Below, piece after piece: positions 18,703 through 28,502 of a DNA stretch of 64,000 bases (within the stretch, counting starts at the first letter, position 1; each line of letters begins with the position of its first letter). Position numbers and translations under genes: made by a program. The DNA is from an uncultured Chloroflexia bacterium. GTDB lineage: Bacteria; Chloroflexota; Anaerolineae; Promineifilales; Promineifilaceae. A model generated the notes under the pieces. That model saw nothing but the letters and a program-made list of their open reading frames with translations. It did no database searches and was not told the origin of the DNA. Where the stretch lies: contig CAWAYB010000002.1 in assembly GCA_963786145.1 (NCBI GenBank), forward strand, positions 226,268 to 290,267, in the 5' to 3' direction.

Positions 18703-21700
18703 CTACCGCTCGATTTTCTCCTGCAGCGGCACGCGGTCCTCGGCGAACCGCACGCCGCTGGCGCCGTCAACGGCCGTCAGCCGCGAGTATGCCGCCCCAT
18801 TTGGTCTATAGAATCCCACCCCGACTTCAAAATCCCCTGGCCCGACCCCAGCCAAGTCCAGAGTGACTGTGTCCGCCACGACCTCGCCGGGCAGCCACTG
18901 GCTTGGGGGATAGCTGTTATTCCGCGGCATACCATCTACTTGCGCGGCGATTTGCTCGGTCTCCGGATCGAAGATGTGTACGAAGCGGGTGACGTCCTCG
19001 GTGACGGGCGCAGGCGCCTCCCAGTACAACGTCACCTCCAGCGTGTCCCCATCTTGTCTCCAGGTATACCCGTGCAGACGGATGTTTCCTTCAAACACGG
19101 CCGTTTGTCGGCTTATCGATTGCGGCAGGTCAAAGAGCGGCTGGTTCTCCTGCCACACGGACGTTTCATCCTGGATAGTCACCTCACCCAGGCGGCGCGT
19201 TAGCATTACATCGCCGCTCTCCACTTCATATAAGCGCGCCACAAGTGCCAAGGGCACGCCCTCGGGTGTATTTGCCGGTAGCTGCAGCGTCAGCCAATCG
19301 TGAATCCATTCTCCTGGCGTCCATTCACTGCTGGGTAAGAATCCATATCCAGGCTGTGTATCCAGTTGCGCCAGCCAGCTGCCATCTTCATCCAGTAGCA
19401 GCAGTGATGCATTATAGTTCTGGCTGAGCGAAAGCGCGGTAGACCATGCCAGCCGCACGTCCAGCGCCTCAGGATCGCGAAAGGCAACCCGTGTAGCCTG
19501 GACATTCAGTGCTGCGTCTCGCGCCTCTGGCACCGCTACTTGGGGAGTCACCCTCAGCGGCCGCAGGAACAAGTCACCGCGAGTCTGTCCGGAAGGCATC
19601 AGAGGACGCCCCACGGCGAAAGTCAGGCGCGGGATCATCAAACCTGCCGGACTATCCTCCGGCACAACCAAGTCGAAAGAAAGCATTTCCCGATCGAGTG
19701 TCTGCGTCTCTGTGGCTATAGGTTCGGGCAGCGGAGTAATATCCGGCCTTGCCAGCGCCGGTGAACCTAGCGCCAGGGTCAGCACATCCTCATTTGCGCC
19801 TAAGAATACCACAGTGATCCGCACAGTCTCGCCCACTTGTACCGTATCCCGATCATATTCGTAGCCCTGCAAGCGCACCCCGTTATTGAAGAGCACTCCA
19901 TCTTGATCATGGTGCAGATAGGCCATCTGTCCGAAATCCCAGGTCAGGTTATCGGTGGTCAAGGGCTGCACCGGCCAGGCGCGTAAGATCAGGGCTAGAC
20001 CCACCAGCAGTGCCGCGAAACCTACTGCATAGCGTGCAAGCGACAAATCACCACGTGCCTTGTAGAGTATGAACAGAACCGACAACAAGCCGGCCAGGGA
20101 TAGCATTTCAGCGCCAAGGCGCACGGCCGTCCGCTCCAGCTTCAGGGTAACAGTATGTACCCCGGCTGGAAGATCCAGTGCGATCAGACCACTACCCGGC
20201 GATGGGCGCAGCTCACTGGTCTGGCCGTCCACCTCCGCCACCCATCCCGCCCACGCCATAGTTGGGAAGACGGCCGTTGCACCGTCCCTACCTACGTCCA
20301 CTTCCCACACCTGGCGTTGTGTCTGGCGCTCCCGCAATCGCACGGCCAGCAGCTGGCCCGATAGCGACCGGACCACATCACGCGTTTCCGCATTGAGCCA
20401 GGCGCTGGTGTAAAACCGTGGCTGCATCGTGGGCGGGAGGTACTCCGCGCTCACAGTGCTGCCGATATTGCCGCCAAACCACTCGTATTGGGCCAGCCTT
20501 TCTGCCGTGACATCACTGTCATCTAGCAGTAGCTCGTCCGTTTGCAGACCGGACATGCCGCTGATGACCAGCAGTACAACCGCGGTGATCGACACGACCC
20601 GGCAGAACGGCAGTAGCGCCAGCGCCCCAATTGCTAACGCCGCAGCAAACGCCTGCACCGACAAAAATCGCCAGGGAAACTGCGTGAACGACAGCAACGG
20701 CAGATGATCCCACAGCCATTCAGACCAGGACGTGATCATGAACGTCGCTACGACCAAGGTCAAAAGAATAAACAATGCGGGGACCATACCAACCGCTTTT
20801 TGCCGCCATGCGGCCCAGGTCAAAGTAACCGCACCAATCACCGCAGCCAATCCCTGAACCAACCCCATACTGAACGCCCCACCACCGGCAACACCATACT
20901 CAAAGACGAAGCCTCTTTGCACCAGGTCCGGGCCGCGAAAATGATTGCTGTAATGGAAATAGCCAGCGGTCACCGGACCCAGCTGCGCAAGTCCCCGCTC
21001 AGCCAGCGCCGGGATGACAAACCAGGCAGACAGGGCCAAAGCAAGCAATCCAGCCAACAAAGGCGGTCCCAACAACCTTACCTGCGCTGCCAAGGAAGCA
21101 TCTTCGCCAGCCAGCCGAGCCTCATACAACCAACCTAACCAGCGCAACGTCAGGAACAACAGCAGGAAAGGGGTAAAGATGAGCGCGGAAATGTTATGGC
21201 TGAGCAGGAGCGCCGCGTATGCTAGGGTAAAGGCTAGAAAACGGCTGTACGGAAAGCCCCCTTCCCGCAATTCAAACAAGCGGTCTGCCGTAAGAATGAC
21301 CCACGGATAAAGCGCCATAGCCCAGAACTCCGCTAAGGAATCCCCGCGTACATACACGTTGACCATGTGAAACGGAGCGACCGTGTAGGCGACGGAAGCC
21401 AGCAGAGCGGCCCAGCGGTGACGATACCAGCGCTCAGCCAGAAGGTAAACTCCCCAGACTGCAGCTATAAAACCAGCCACCTGCGTCAGTTCTATGGCGT
21501 GTACAAAGCTTGACCCCAGAAAGCGGAATATAACAGCGATATAAATGGAGAGGGGAGCATAGAAGTTGTAGAAGGGATAGCCAAAGCCATAATTAGCATC
21601 TGGCATCCAGCGCGCGGGGAAATGGCCGTCACGCAGGGCAATCTCGAGCTGCTGCACGCGTTGCAGTAGGAAGGGACTGTCGCCGCCACCGCGCGTGTTG

Positions 21701-21864
21701 AGCAATCCCGGCTCGCCGATAAGCGGCCAGGCCGCGGCAAGAGCCAGCGCCACGGCACCCAGGGCAAACCACGGGATGCGGTGAAGAATCTGTCTTACGA
21801 GTGGGGGGCTGGCTGGTACGGATGTTGACATGACCGCTGCGCCAATGGGGTCAGGCAGGAACAC
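18703..21864 (-). CDS. Large polytopic membrane protein, probable GT-C-fold glycosyltransferase with big extracytoplasmic C-terminal domain
   Basis: 1053-aa ORF. About 12 or more predicted TM helices in the first ~600 aa, then a beta-rich soluble region. Family assignment is by architecture only. Confidence 0.5.
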   Translation of the reverse strand: MFLPDPIGAAVMSTSVPASPPLVRQILHRIPWFALGAVALALAAAWPLIGEPGLLNTRGGGDSPFLLQRVQQLEIALRDGHFPARWMPDANYGFGYPFYNFYAPLSIYIAVIFRFLGSSFVHAIELTQVAGFIAAVWGVYLLAERWYRHRWAALLASVAYTVAPFHMVNVYVRGDSLAEFWAMALYPWVILTADRLFELREGGFPYSRFLAFTLAYAALLLSHNISALIFTPFLLLFLTLRWLGWLYEARLAGEDASLAAQVRLLGPPLLAGLLALALSAWFVIPALAERGLAQLGPVTAGYFHYSNHFRGPDLVQRGFVFEYGVAGGGAFSMGLVQGLAAVIGAVTLTWAAWRQKAVGMVPALFILLTLVVATFMITSWSEWLWDHLPLLSFTQFPWRFLSVQAFAAALAIGALALLPFCRVVSITAVVLLVISGMSGLQTDELLLDDSDVTAERLAQYEWFGGNIGSTVSAEYLPPTMQPRFYTSAWLNAETRDVVRSLSGQLLAVRLRERQTQRQVWEVDVGRDGATAVFPTMAWAGWVAEVDGQTSELRPSPGSGLIALDLPAGVHTVTLKLERTAVRLGAEMLSLAGLLSVLFILYKARGDLSLARYAVGFAALLVGLALILRAWPVQPLTTDNLTWDFGQMAYLHHDQDGVLFNNGVRLQGYEYDRDTVQVGETVRITVVFLGANEDVLTLALGSPALARPDITPLPEPIATETQTLDREMLSFDLVVPEDSPAGLMIPRLTFAVGRPLMPSGQTRGDLFLRPLRVTPQVAVPEARDAALNVQATRVAFRDPEALDVRLAWSTALSLSQNYNASLLLLDEDGSWLAQLDTQPGYGFLPSSEWTPGEWIHDWLTLQLPANTPEGVPLALVARLYEVESGDVMLTRRLGEVTIQDETSVWQENQPLFDLPQSISRQTAVFEGNIRLHGYTWRQDGDTLEVTLYWEAPAPVTEDVTRFVHIFDPETEQIAAQVDGMPRNNSYPPSQWLPGEVVADTVTLDLAGVGPGDFEVGVGFYRPNGAAYSRLTAVDGASGVRFAEDRVPLQEKIER

Positions 21865-21930
21865 CTGCGACGAACGGCCGTTTGCAGGACCACTCGCTCA
21901 TCTTTTCCGTTCTGTCATGCAGTTTCCTGC

Positions 21931-23271
21931 TTACTGACCGCGCAGCAAGAAAAACAAAAGCGCACCCAGCAGCACCACACCGACCAGGATCACCACCAAG
22001 CCACTCACAGCCAGGAGGTCAAACCCCCCTGTCTCAGAGGGCGCTTGAGCAGCTTCGGCAACCGTAGCCACCACCTCAGCCGCACCTGCTTCAGGCGCGG
22101 TCACAGGTTCCTCCTGACGCAAGCGGCTGCCAAACTCCAGGCCCGTCGTCATATTATCGGCCACAGAGACAACCGCATTAGCCGCCGTGGTAATTTCCAG
22201 GCGCCCTGGAACCTCTTGCGCTACTTGATAGGCACCGGGGGCGAGCCCATGAAAACAGGTCGGAAGATCGGTGCCATCCGAAATTGCCTGGCCCACTATT
22301 GCCGACTGGCTGGCAACAGAAAAGGTGACCCCGGCCATAAATCCCTCACTAGCATCGTGCAGCCCGTTTGCATCCTCATCATAGAAAGCATTAACGCAAA
22401 TTGTGCCGCCCGTCATGCCCGCAGGTTCAGCAACCTCAGACGGCTGTTCAGGTTCCGGTTCGGTGTCCTGCTGAGGTTCCTCTGGGGCATCGGCCACGGC
22501 CACGGTCGTGGGTTCAACGACCGGTGCGGTTGGTTCCAGCTCCGCCACCGCAGCGGGTGTTTCCGTGGCCGCAGGTGCTGGGGCTCGCGTCGGCGCCGGC
22601 GCGGCGCTGACCGCTACCAATTCCGCCTGGTCGTACCAGGTATCCATAAATTGGCGACATTGGTTCACGTTGGGCACGCCGAAGTTGGCCGACGTAAATA
22701 CCGTGATCCTCTCCCCGGTAGCGGTAGTCTCCACACTCACCTGTTGCCAAGCATCGTGCGGGGAAGTAGAGGCGCCCCACACTACATCAGCATCATTCCA
22801 CTGCCCACTGCCATTGGGGTCAATCCCCGCGCGCACATTCATATTGACGCCAGTATCCGACGGCTCTGGCGACCCCTCATTGCTGGCTCGACCTTTCGCC
22901 GCAAATGTAAAGCGATAAGTTACGCCCGGCGCAACATCCACCGTCTGAGAGACTCCTCCTGACCAGGTGTCCCAGTTGTTACCCACGTATTGCGAAGTCA
23001 CTCCCCCGTTTACAAAACTGCCCCCGGTTTCCACATTCCACTTGGGTTTATACTGGTACCCAGAGAGGCACTCTTCATCCTGCTTCTCTTTCTGTAAGAA
23101 CCAACTCGTCCAGCCTTCTGCCGCACCATTGACAAACGGCTGTTCAAATCCACCGTTTGTCAACAAATTACCTTCCTGTGCAAGCGGCGCAGCAGCAACC
23201 TTTGGTAAATCATTAACCCAGATCGTCAAAGCCAGGATCAGACTGGAAACTATCAAAATGCTCTTCTTCAT
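21931..23271 (-). CDS. Secreted, C-terminally anchored surface protein (CBM-like beta-sandwich, P/E/A-rich linker, SdrD-B/Cna-B-like domain)
   Basis: Signal peptide MKKSILIVSSLILALTIW. The linker PAPTRAPAPAATETPAAVAELEPTAP... is followed by ICVNAFYDEDANGLHDASEG... and a final TM helix. Confidence 0.45.
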   Translation of the reverse strand: MKKSILIVSSLILALTIWVNDLPKVAAAPLAQEGNLLTNGGFEQPFVNGAAEGWTSWFLQKEKQDEECLSGYQYKPKWNVETGGSFVNGGVTSQYVGNNWDTWSGGVSQTVDVAPGVTYRFTFAAKGRASNEGSPEPSDTGVNMNVRAGIDPNGSGQWNDADVVWGASTSPHDAWQQVSVETTATGERITVFTSANFGVPNVNQCRQFMDTWYDQAELVAVSAAPAPTRAPAPAATETPAAVAELEPTAPVVEPTTVAVADAPEEPQQDTEPEPEQPSEVAEPAGMTGGTICVNAFYDEDANGLHDASEGFMAGVTFSVASQSAIVGQAISDGTDLPTCFHGLAPGAYQVAQEVPGRLEITTAANAVVSVADNMTTGLEFGSRLRQEEPVTAPEAGAAEVVATVAEAAQAPSETGGFDLLAVSGLVVILVGVVLLGALLFFLLRGQ

Positions 23272-23292
23272 CTCTTACCCTTCGCAGCAACA

Positions 23293-24219
23293 TCAACCTT
23301 GTGCGTTTCGTCTTGAAGCAAAAAACAAGGTTAACACAGCGAGGCTTAACAACAAAACAAAACTAGCAATGGCTAAGAGAAGCCAGCGAGACGAAGAATC
23401 TGCGAATCCCGTCTCAGATGCTGTCAACGTTGGCGTGACTGGTGGTTCGACGGCGATCCGAGTCTGTAATTGCTGCTCCTGATCGGGTGTTGGCTCGCTG
23501 CTTGCGACTTGATAACTACCAAACGCCAGATTGAGCACGCTGCCGGCCGCCAGGTTCAACGCCCAATCCCCTTCGGTGGTCAAAATTTCATCGCGCAGTA
23601 ACGAGCGCGTCACATGATACACTCCCGGAATAAGACCTTTCAGGCAATAGGGTTCGGAGCGGCCATCAGTGACATAGTTGGCGACCACAGTCTCTTCGTT
23701 AAAGACTGTGAAGGCTACGGCGGCAAGCAGCGGTTCTGCCGAATCCAGCGTGCCGTCCCGGTTCTGATCATCAAAGGCAAGGATACACACGGCCGTTCGC
23801 GGCTTCTCCGCCGTGGCCGTCACCGTGGGTGGCGGTTTGGTAGCTGTGGGAACATCCGACGTCGATGTAGCCGGCGGGGTCACTCGACCTACGATCAACA
23901 GGTCTCCTGGCCGAAGCACCACATCCTCGGTCAAATCATTGAGTGCGAGCAACTCCGGTATCGTCAGCCCTGCCCGCGCCGCTAGGCTCCAAAGCGAGTC
24001 ATCGGGCTGCACCTCCACTACAATCTTGCCCTCCGCATCAGGTGTGCTTGTTGGCGCATCCTGGGCCGCGGTGGAATTGGCCCAGCTCATCAGCAAGATA
24101 ATCCACAGTGCGAGACATGCACTGAGTAAAACACCACGTAGAAGTATCTGCTCAAGATCGTTCTGTTTGCGAAACACCTTTGCTATTCTCCGTTCATTCC
24201 GGAAGGACAACCCAGACAT
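23293..24219 (-). CDS. LysM-domain surface protein with SdrD-B-like domain and C-terminal TM anchor
   Basis: LysM motif (DSLWSLAARAGLTIPELLALNDL...PGDLLIVG). The segment CILAFDDQNRDGTLDSAEP is paralogous to the neighbouring protein. C-terminal TM helix present. Confidence 0.55.
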   Translation of the reverse strand: MSGLSFRNERRIAKVFRKQNDLEQILLRGVLLSACLALWIILLMSWANSTAAQDAPTSTPDAEGKIVVEVQPDDSLWSLAARAGLTIPELLALNDLTEDVVLRPGDLLIVGRVTPPATSTSDVPTATKPPPTVTATAEKPRTAVCILAFDDQNRDGTLDSAEPLLAAVAFTVFNEETVVANYVTDGRSEPYCLKGLIPGVYHVTRSLLRDEILTTEGDWALNLAAGSVLNLAFGSYQVASSEPTPDQEQQLQTRIAVEPPVTPTLTASETGFADSSSRWLLLAIASFVLLLSLAVLTLFFASRRNAQG

Positions 24220-26155
24220 CGCCCAATGGTTCCCCGCTCTCCACCCCGCTTACAGGTAGCCGCTGTCCCGTCTCCGCGTCATAAAGGCCGATTGTAAGCT
24301 CATGAAGAGCCGGATCGTAGGTTTCATGTAAAGTAAGCACATGACGATCACGAAGCATCAGCCCTGGCCGCCACCAATTGGCGGACCACCGCCCGCCGCC
24401 AGGCGGGGCGTCATGCTGTCCGATAAGTTCGTCGGCGCCCGTCACATGGACAAAGGCGATCAGATTATCGGCCACCGCCCCCCCAGCTTCCCAGTATATA
24501 TCAACCTGGATCTGGGTTGGGTTAAGCACGGTCACATCCGTCTGGCGCAAGAAAAGCTGGTTGCCGAAGGCCACCCGCCGTGCTGCTGTCACGGCCGTAC
24601 TGTCCTCCACACCATAACGCACATACAAAGGGTATGCTATCTCCTCCTGATCGCCACGGGCCCGGCTCCCGTCCTCCACAGTGATCAGCGCGACTGGGGG
24701 CAGCATACGAGCCACTGCATCCAAGTTGTCGTAAGGCCAGGCATAAATTGCGCCGGGTACAGCGGTCTGCAAACGAGACGCGGACACAGCGTCGAAACGG
24801 ACCAAGTTCCGCGTCTCCGTTACAAGATAGGAAATGGAAGGCCAACTGGACCAGAAGCGTTCATCCAGGCGCACATCACTGTCCGGCGCTTCGCGGTTGA
24901 TCTGCGCCGCCAGGTCTATGGCCGCCTTCTCAAAGGCAAACTCAACCTCCGGATCGCTGCCGTAAGCTGTGTAATCGCTTATGGTCAACAGCAGGCTTAA
25001 TCCCACAAGTCCGGCCACCAGCGCTGACTGCCCAGCAGCGGGAACGGGCAGTCGCCGTCCAAACCAGAACAAGCCGAGGGCCGGAAGATAGAGAACGCCC
25101 GGCAAAACCCCCATAGCGCGCAGAAAATGCGGCGCATCAGCCGCTAGGATCGTGGGGCCGAGCATAATCGTGGACCAAAGCAGAACCGTACTGGCCGGCG
25201 GTCGCCGCCACCTCCTGACACACCAACCTACGCCAATTAGAAACGGTATGGCCATCACCGTATCAAAAACCGGCCGTCCCGGCGGATTGTGCCGCAGGAT
25301 ATCATCACCCTGCCAGAAATACATCCCTAATGCGGCGCCCATCTGTCGCCATAAAGTGGATATGACCGAGCCACCGCTCACATCTGGATTAAGGATGGAC
25401 ACCTGGCCCGTCCGGCCCAGCAACAGTACGGGTTCGCGCCAATACGTAACCAACAAGGGCAGCACAACAATCACGATGCCCAGCACAAACCACAGAATGC
25501 CCGGCCAAAGGCGCCTTCCGCGATCAGTCAGGAGCAAATAAACCGCCAATGCCAGCAAAAGCAGCGGCGTGAAACGCGCCACTAGGTAAGTGTAGAAAGT
25601 AAGGCCGGTCAACACCCCGCTCGCAAACCATAGCCAGGCGCGCTGCCTCCTGTAGGCCAACGTGCCCAGCCAGAAAGCCAGCGCAATTAGGGGCACAAAT
25701 AGGATCGGGCGCAGACCGACACGGCTGAGATGTATCGGCCACAGAGTAATCGCCCATAACCAGGCCGCAATGAGACCCACCCTCGTGTCGAACCACGATT
25801 TGCCCAACAAAAACACAGGTATTGTCGTCAGGCCACCAATTACAGCTGCAGCCACGCGCACGGCAAAGGTCGTCTGGCCAAAGAGAAAGACCGCAACGGC
25901 CGTTAAATAGATGTAGAGCGGTTCACGGCCGTTATTTGCGGTGAAGATAATTGACCGATTCCCTTCCAGCACGCGCAGTGCATCCAGCCCATTATAAGCC
26001 TCGTCACGATAGAGACCAGGTGGCAACTGATCCAGGTTCCAGAGCCTCAACAGCAGGGCCGCTGCAACCGCCAATAGCAACAAAGCCCACTCCAAATTGG
26101 AGGGGCTCAGGAGCGAATTTGAAACTGATTGTAGGCGCTTGTGCATTGTTGTCAA
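24194..26155 (-). CDS. GT-C glycosyltransferase (family 39 / ArnT-PMT-like)
   Basis: 653-aa ORF. N-terminal LYRDEAYNGLDALRV motif, many TM helices, and a C-terminal soluble domain. Confidence 0.6.
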   Translation of the reverse strand: MTTMHKRLQSVSNSLLSPSNLEWALLLLAVAAALLLRLWNLDQLPPGLYRDEAYNGLDALRVLEGNRSIIFTANNGREPLYIYLTAVAVFLFGQTTFAVRVAAAVIGGLTTIPVFLLGKSWFDTRVGLIAAWLWAITLWPIHLSRVGLRPILFVPLIALAFWLGTLAYRRQRAWLWFASGVLTGLTFYTYLVARFTPLLLLALAVYLLLTDRGRRLWPGILWFVLGIVIVVLPLLVTYWREPVLLLGRTGQVSILNPDVSGGSVISTLWRQMGAALGMYFWQGDDILRHNPPGRPVFDTVMAIPFLIGVGWCVRRWRRPPASTVLLWSTIMLGPTILAADAPHFLRAMGVLPGVLYLPALGLFWFGRRLPVPAAGQSALVAGLVGLSLLLTISDYTAYGSDPEVEFAFEKAAIDLAAQINREAPDSDVRLDERFWSSWPSISYLVTETRNLVRFDAVSASRLQTAVPGAIYAWPYDNLDAVARMLPPVALITVEDGSRARGDQEEIAYPLYVRYGVEDSTAVTAARRVAFGNQLFLRQTDVTVLNPTQIQVDIYWEAGGAVADNLIAFVHVTGADELIGQHDAPPGGGRWSANWWRPGLMLRDRHVLTLHETYDPALHELTIGLYDAETGQRLPVSGVESGEPLGDVWVVLPE

Positions 26156-26277
26156 AGCGGGGCAAGTATAGCAAAATAGCCTTTCGAGTCAATATGCGAC
26201 GCGTTAGCGTTCGCCCGGGAGGCTCCGTACTTGTTACTCTGTGCCGGCTCAACACCTTGAATCTAGCGGCTAATTGT

Positions 26278-27384
26278 ATGCGTGTACTCATGCTTTCCAA
26301 GGCTTGCCTGGTGGGATCCTATCAGACAAAGCTTGAGGAAATCGCGCGATTTGATGATATCGAGCTGCGCGTCATCGTCCCTCCCAGTTGGAATGATCCG
26401 GCAGGAGCGGTTCATCTGGAACGTAGCCACACGCAGGGTTACGATCTCTTGGTCGATCCAGTCCGCTTCAACGGGGATTTTCATCTCCATCATTACCCAA
26501 AGTTTAAGGAACGCCTGCGTGAATTTCAGCCTCATGTCGTTCATCTAGATGAGGAGCCGTACAATCTGGCAACCTGGATGGCCTGGCGGCAGGCAAATGC
26601 GCAAGGAGCGAAAACGCTCTTCTTCAGTTGGCAAAACCTGTATCGCCGCTACCCCCTGCCGTTTCGCACGCTTGAGCAGCAAGTGCTGCAAGGCGTTGAT
26701 TACGCGCTCCTGGGCAACCAGGATGCGCTTCAGGTCTGCCGTAAGAAAGGCTATCATGGCCCAGCGCGCGTTATTCCCCAGTTTGGAGTGGATCCGCAGA
26801 TCTTTCACCCGCCCGGCACCAAAGATCACGGCCGTGCGCTGATCATTGGCTCCGCTAACAGGCGCCTGGTTCCGGAAAAAGGCGTAGACCTACTTCTGCA
26901 AGCCCTCGCCGACCTGCCGGGTATCTGGCGCCTACACATCGCCGGAGACGGGCCCGAGAAAGCGGCGCTGATGAAGTTGGCTCAACAGCTAGGCGTTGCT
27001 GAGCGAGTTTCCTTTGACGGCGCGATTTCATCCGTGCAAATGCCTGCCTACCTTAGAGAGCTGGACATTCTGGTGTTGCCTTCGCGATCCCTGCCCAATT
27101 GGAAGGAACAGTTTGGGCGCGTCCTGGTGGAAGCAATGGCCACGGCCGTGCCTGTCATTGGCTCCGACAGTGGTGAGATTCCAAATGTCATTGGCGATGC
27201 CGGCCTCATCTTTGCCGAAGGAGATGTCGGCGCGCTGCGCGCGCATTTGTTAGAATTGATGCAAGCGGAAGAAGTGCGGCACGCGCTAGGACAGCGTGGC
27301 CGCCAGCGCGTGCTGGATTATTACACCCAGGCACAGATTGCTCAGCAAACCGCTGACGTTTACCGCGAGATGTTGACCACGTAG
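26278..27384 (+). CDS. Glycosyltransferase family 4 (GT-B fold)
   Basis: Start at MRVLMLSK (ATG at 26278, inside ORF 25951..27384). The C-terminal half has the GT1/GT4 EQFGRVLVEAMATAVPVIGSDSGEIPNVI motif. Confidence 0.8.
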   Translation: MRVLMLSKACLVGSYQTKLEEIARFDDIELRVIVPPSWNDPAGAVHLERSHTQGYDLLVDPVRFNGDFHLHHYPKFKERLREFQPHVVHLDEEPYNLATWMAWRQANAQGAKTLFFSWQNLYRRYPLPFRTLEQQVLQGVDYALLGNQDALQVCRKKGYHGPARVIPQFGVDPQIFHPPGTKDHGRALIIGSANRRLVPEKGVDLLLQALADLPGIWRLHIAGDGPEKAALMKLAQQLGVAERVSFDGAISSVQMPAYLRELDILVLPSRSLPNWKEQFGRVLVEAMATAVPVIGSDSGEIPNVIGDAGLIFAEGDVGALRAHLLELMQAEEVRHALGQRGRQRVLDYYTQAQIAQQTADVYREMLTT

Positions 27385-27440
27385 GACGATTCCTTCCTGT
27401 GCAGCTTGGTCCTGGTGCTCATCGGCACCTTGCTCAAACA

Positions 27441-28463
27441 ATGAACGAACAACTTCCCGATCTTCCACCAGGAGCAGAACCGCGATCAGGCTGGCCACTG
27501 ACTCGGATTGCCGGCCTTGGCCTACTGCTATTGGTCATAGTTGCCGCCATCTATATCGCCGTCGGCTATTTCGCCTGGCAGAGCGGGCAGATCTTGCGCG
27601 ACGAACGCCTCAGTCAGCAGAAGACGGAACAATTGACCCGCCAGGTGGGGCTTGCACAAGAGGATATTGCCGCAGGTAGTTACAATCTGGCCATCCATCG
27701 GCTGGACTGGGTTCTCGAACGCGACCCTGCTAGCAGCGAGGCCGAGGCATTGCGCCGCCAGGCTCAGGCCGCCCTGAAAACCGCGCTCACTCCCGCTGCG
27801 CCTCCCTCCCCCACACCCCTTCCAGAACCAACGCTGGCGCCCGGCGATGTTATCGACCCTGCTGTTGAGCTGCAGCGCCTTCAGCGGCTGGACGATCGCC
27901 AGCAATGGGAGCAGTTGCTCGCCGGGACGCTTGTCCTGCAGCGCCAATTTCCTGACTTCGAGCGCTTCGAGACAGATCGGCTCCTATACGATGCCTACTT
28001 GAACCTGGGACTTCAGAATATTCAAGGCTCTCAAATCGAAACCGGCATTTATCACTTATCGCAGGCCGAGAAGCTTGGCGACCTTCCGCAGGAAGCGCTC
28101 GATTACTGGCTGTGGGCTGAACTCTATCTAGAAGGAATTGCCTACGTCGGCGTGAACTGGGGGGTTGCTTCCAGCGTCTTTCGGGAACTCTGTCTCGCCG
28201 CTCCGTTCTATCAGAACGCGTGCGACCGGCTTTTCGCTGCCCTTCTCGCGGAAGGAGATCGGTACCGCCTGAGCGGTGAGTACTGCCCTGCCGTTGACTT
28301 GTATCGTGAAGCGCGTCAGCACGGCAGCGGAGCTGCCCTGAACCAGAATCTGTCAGATTCACAGGAGGGCTGTGCCCTGGCTACCCCCACGCCTATGCCC
28401 ATCTCAGATACACTGCCCATCACAGGTACCGTGCCTCTTCCCCTGCCAGCGCCAAATGAATAG
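27441..28463 (+). CDS. Hypothetical single-pass membrane protein with TPR-like extracytoplasmic region
   Basis: Start at MNEQLPDL; TM helix IAGLGLLLLVIVAAIYIAVGYFAW. Helical repeat-like remainder; no family recognised. Confidence 0.4.
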   Translation: MNEQLPDLPPGAEPRSGWPLTRIAGLGLLLLVIVAAIYIAVGYFAWQSGQILRDERLSQQKTEQLTRQVGLAQEDIAAGSYNLAIHRLDWVLERDPASSEAEALRRQAQAALKTALTPAAPPSPTPLPEPTLAPGDVIDPAVELQRLQRLDDRQQWEQLLAGTLVLQRQFPDFERFETDRLLYDAYLNLGLQNIQGSQIETGIYHLSQAEKLGDLPQEALDYWLWAELYLEGIAYVGVNWGVASSVFRELCLAAPFYQNACDRLFAALLAEGDRYRLSGEYCPAVDLYREARQHGSGAALNQNLSDSQEGCALATPTPMPISDTLPITGTVPLPLPAPNE

Positions 28464-28502
28464 CTTTCGTACAATCAAGAACGCGTCGTTATAATCAAAC
28501 TG

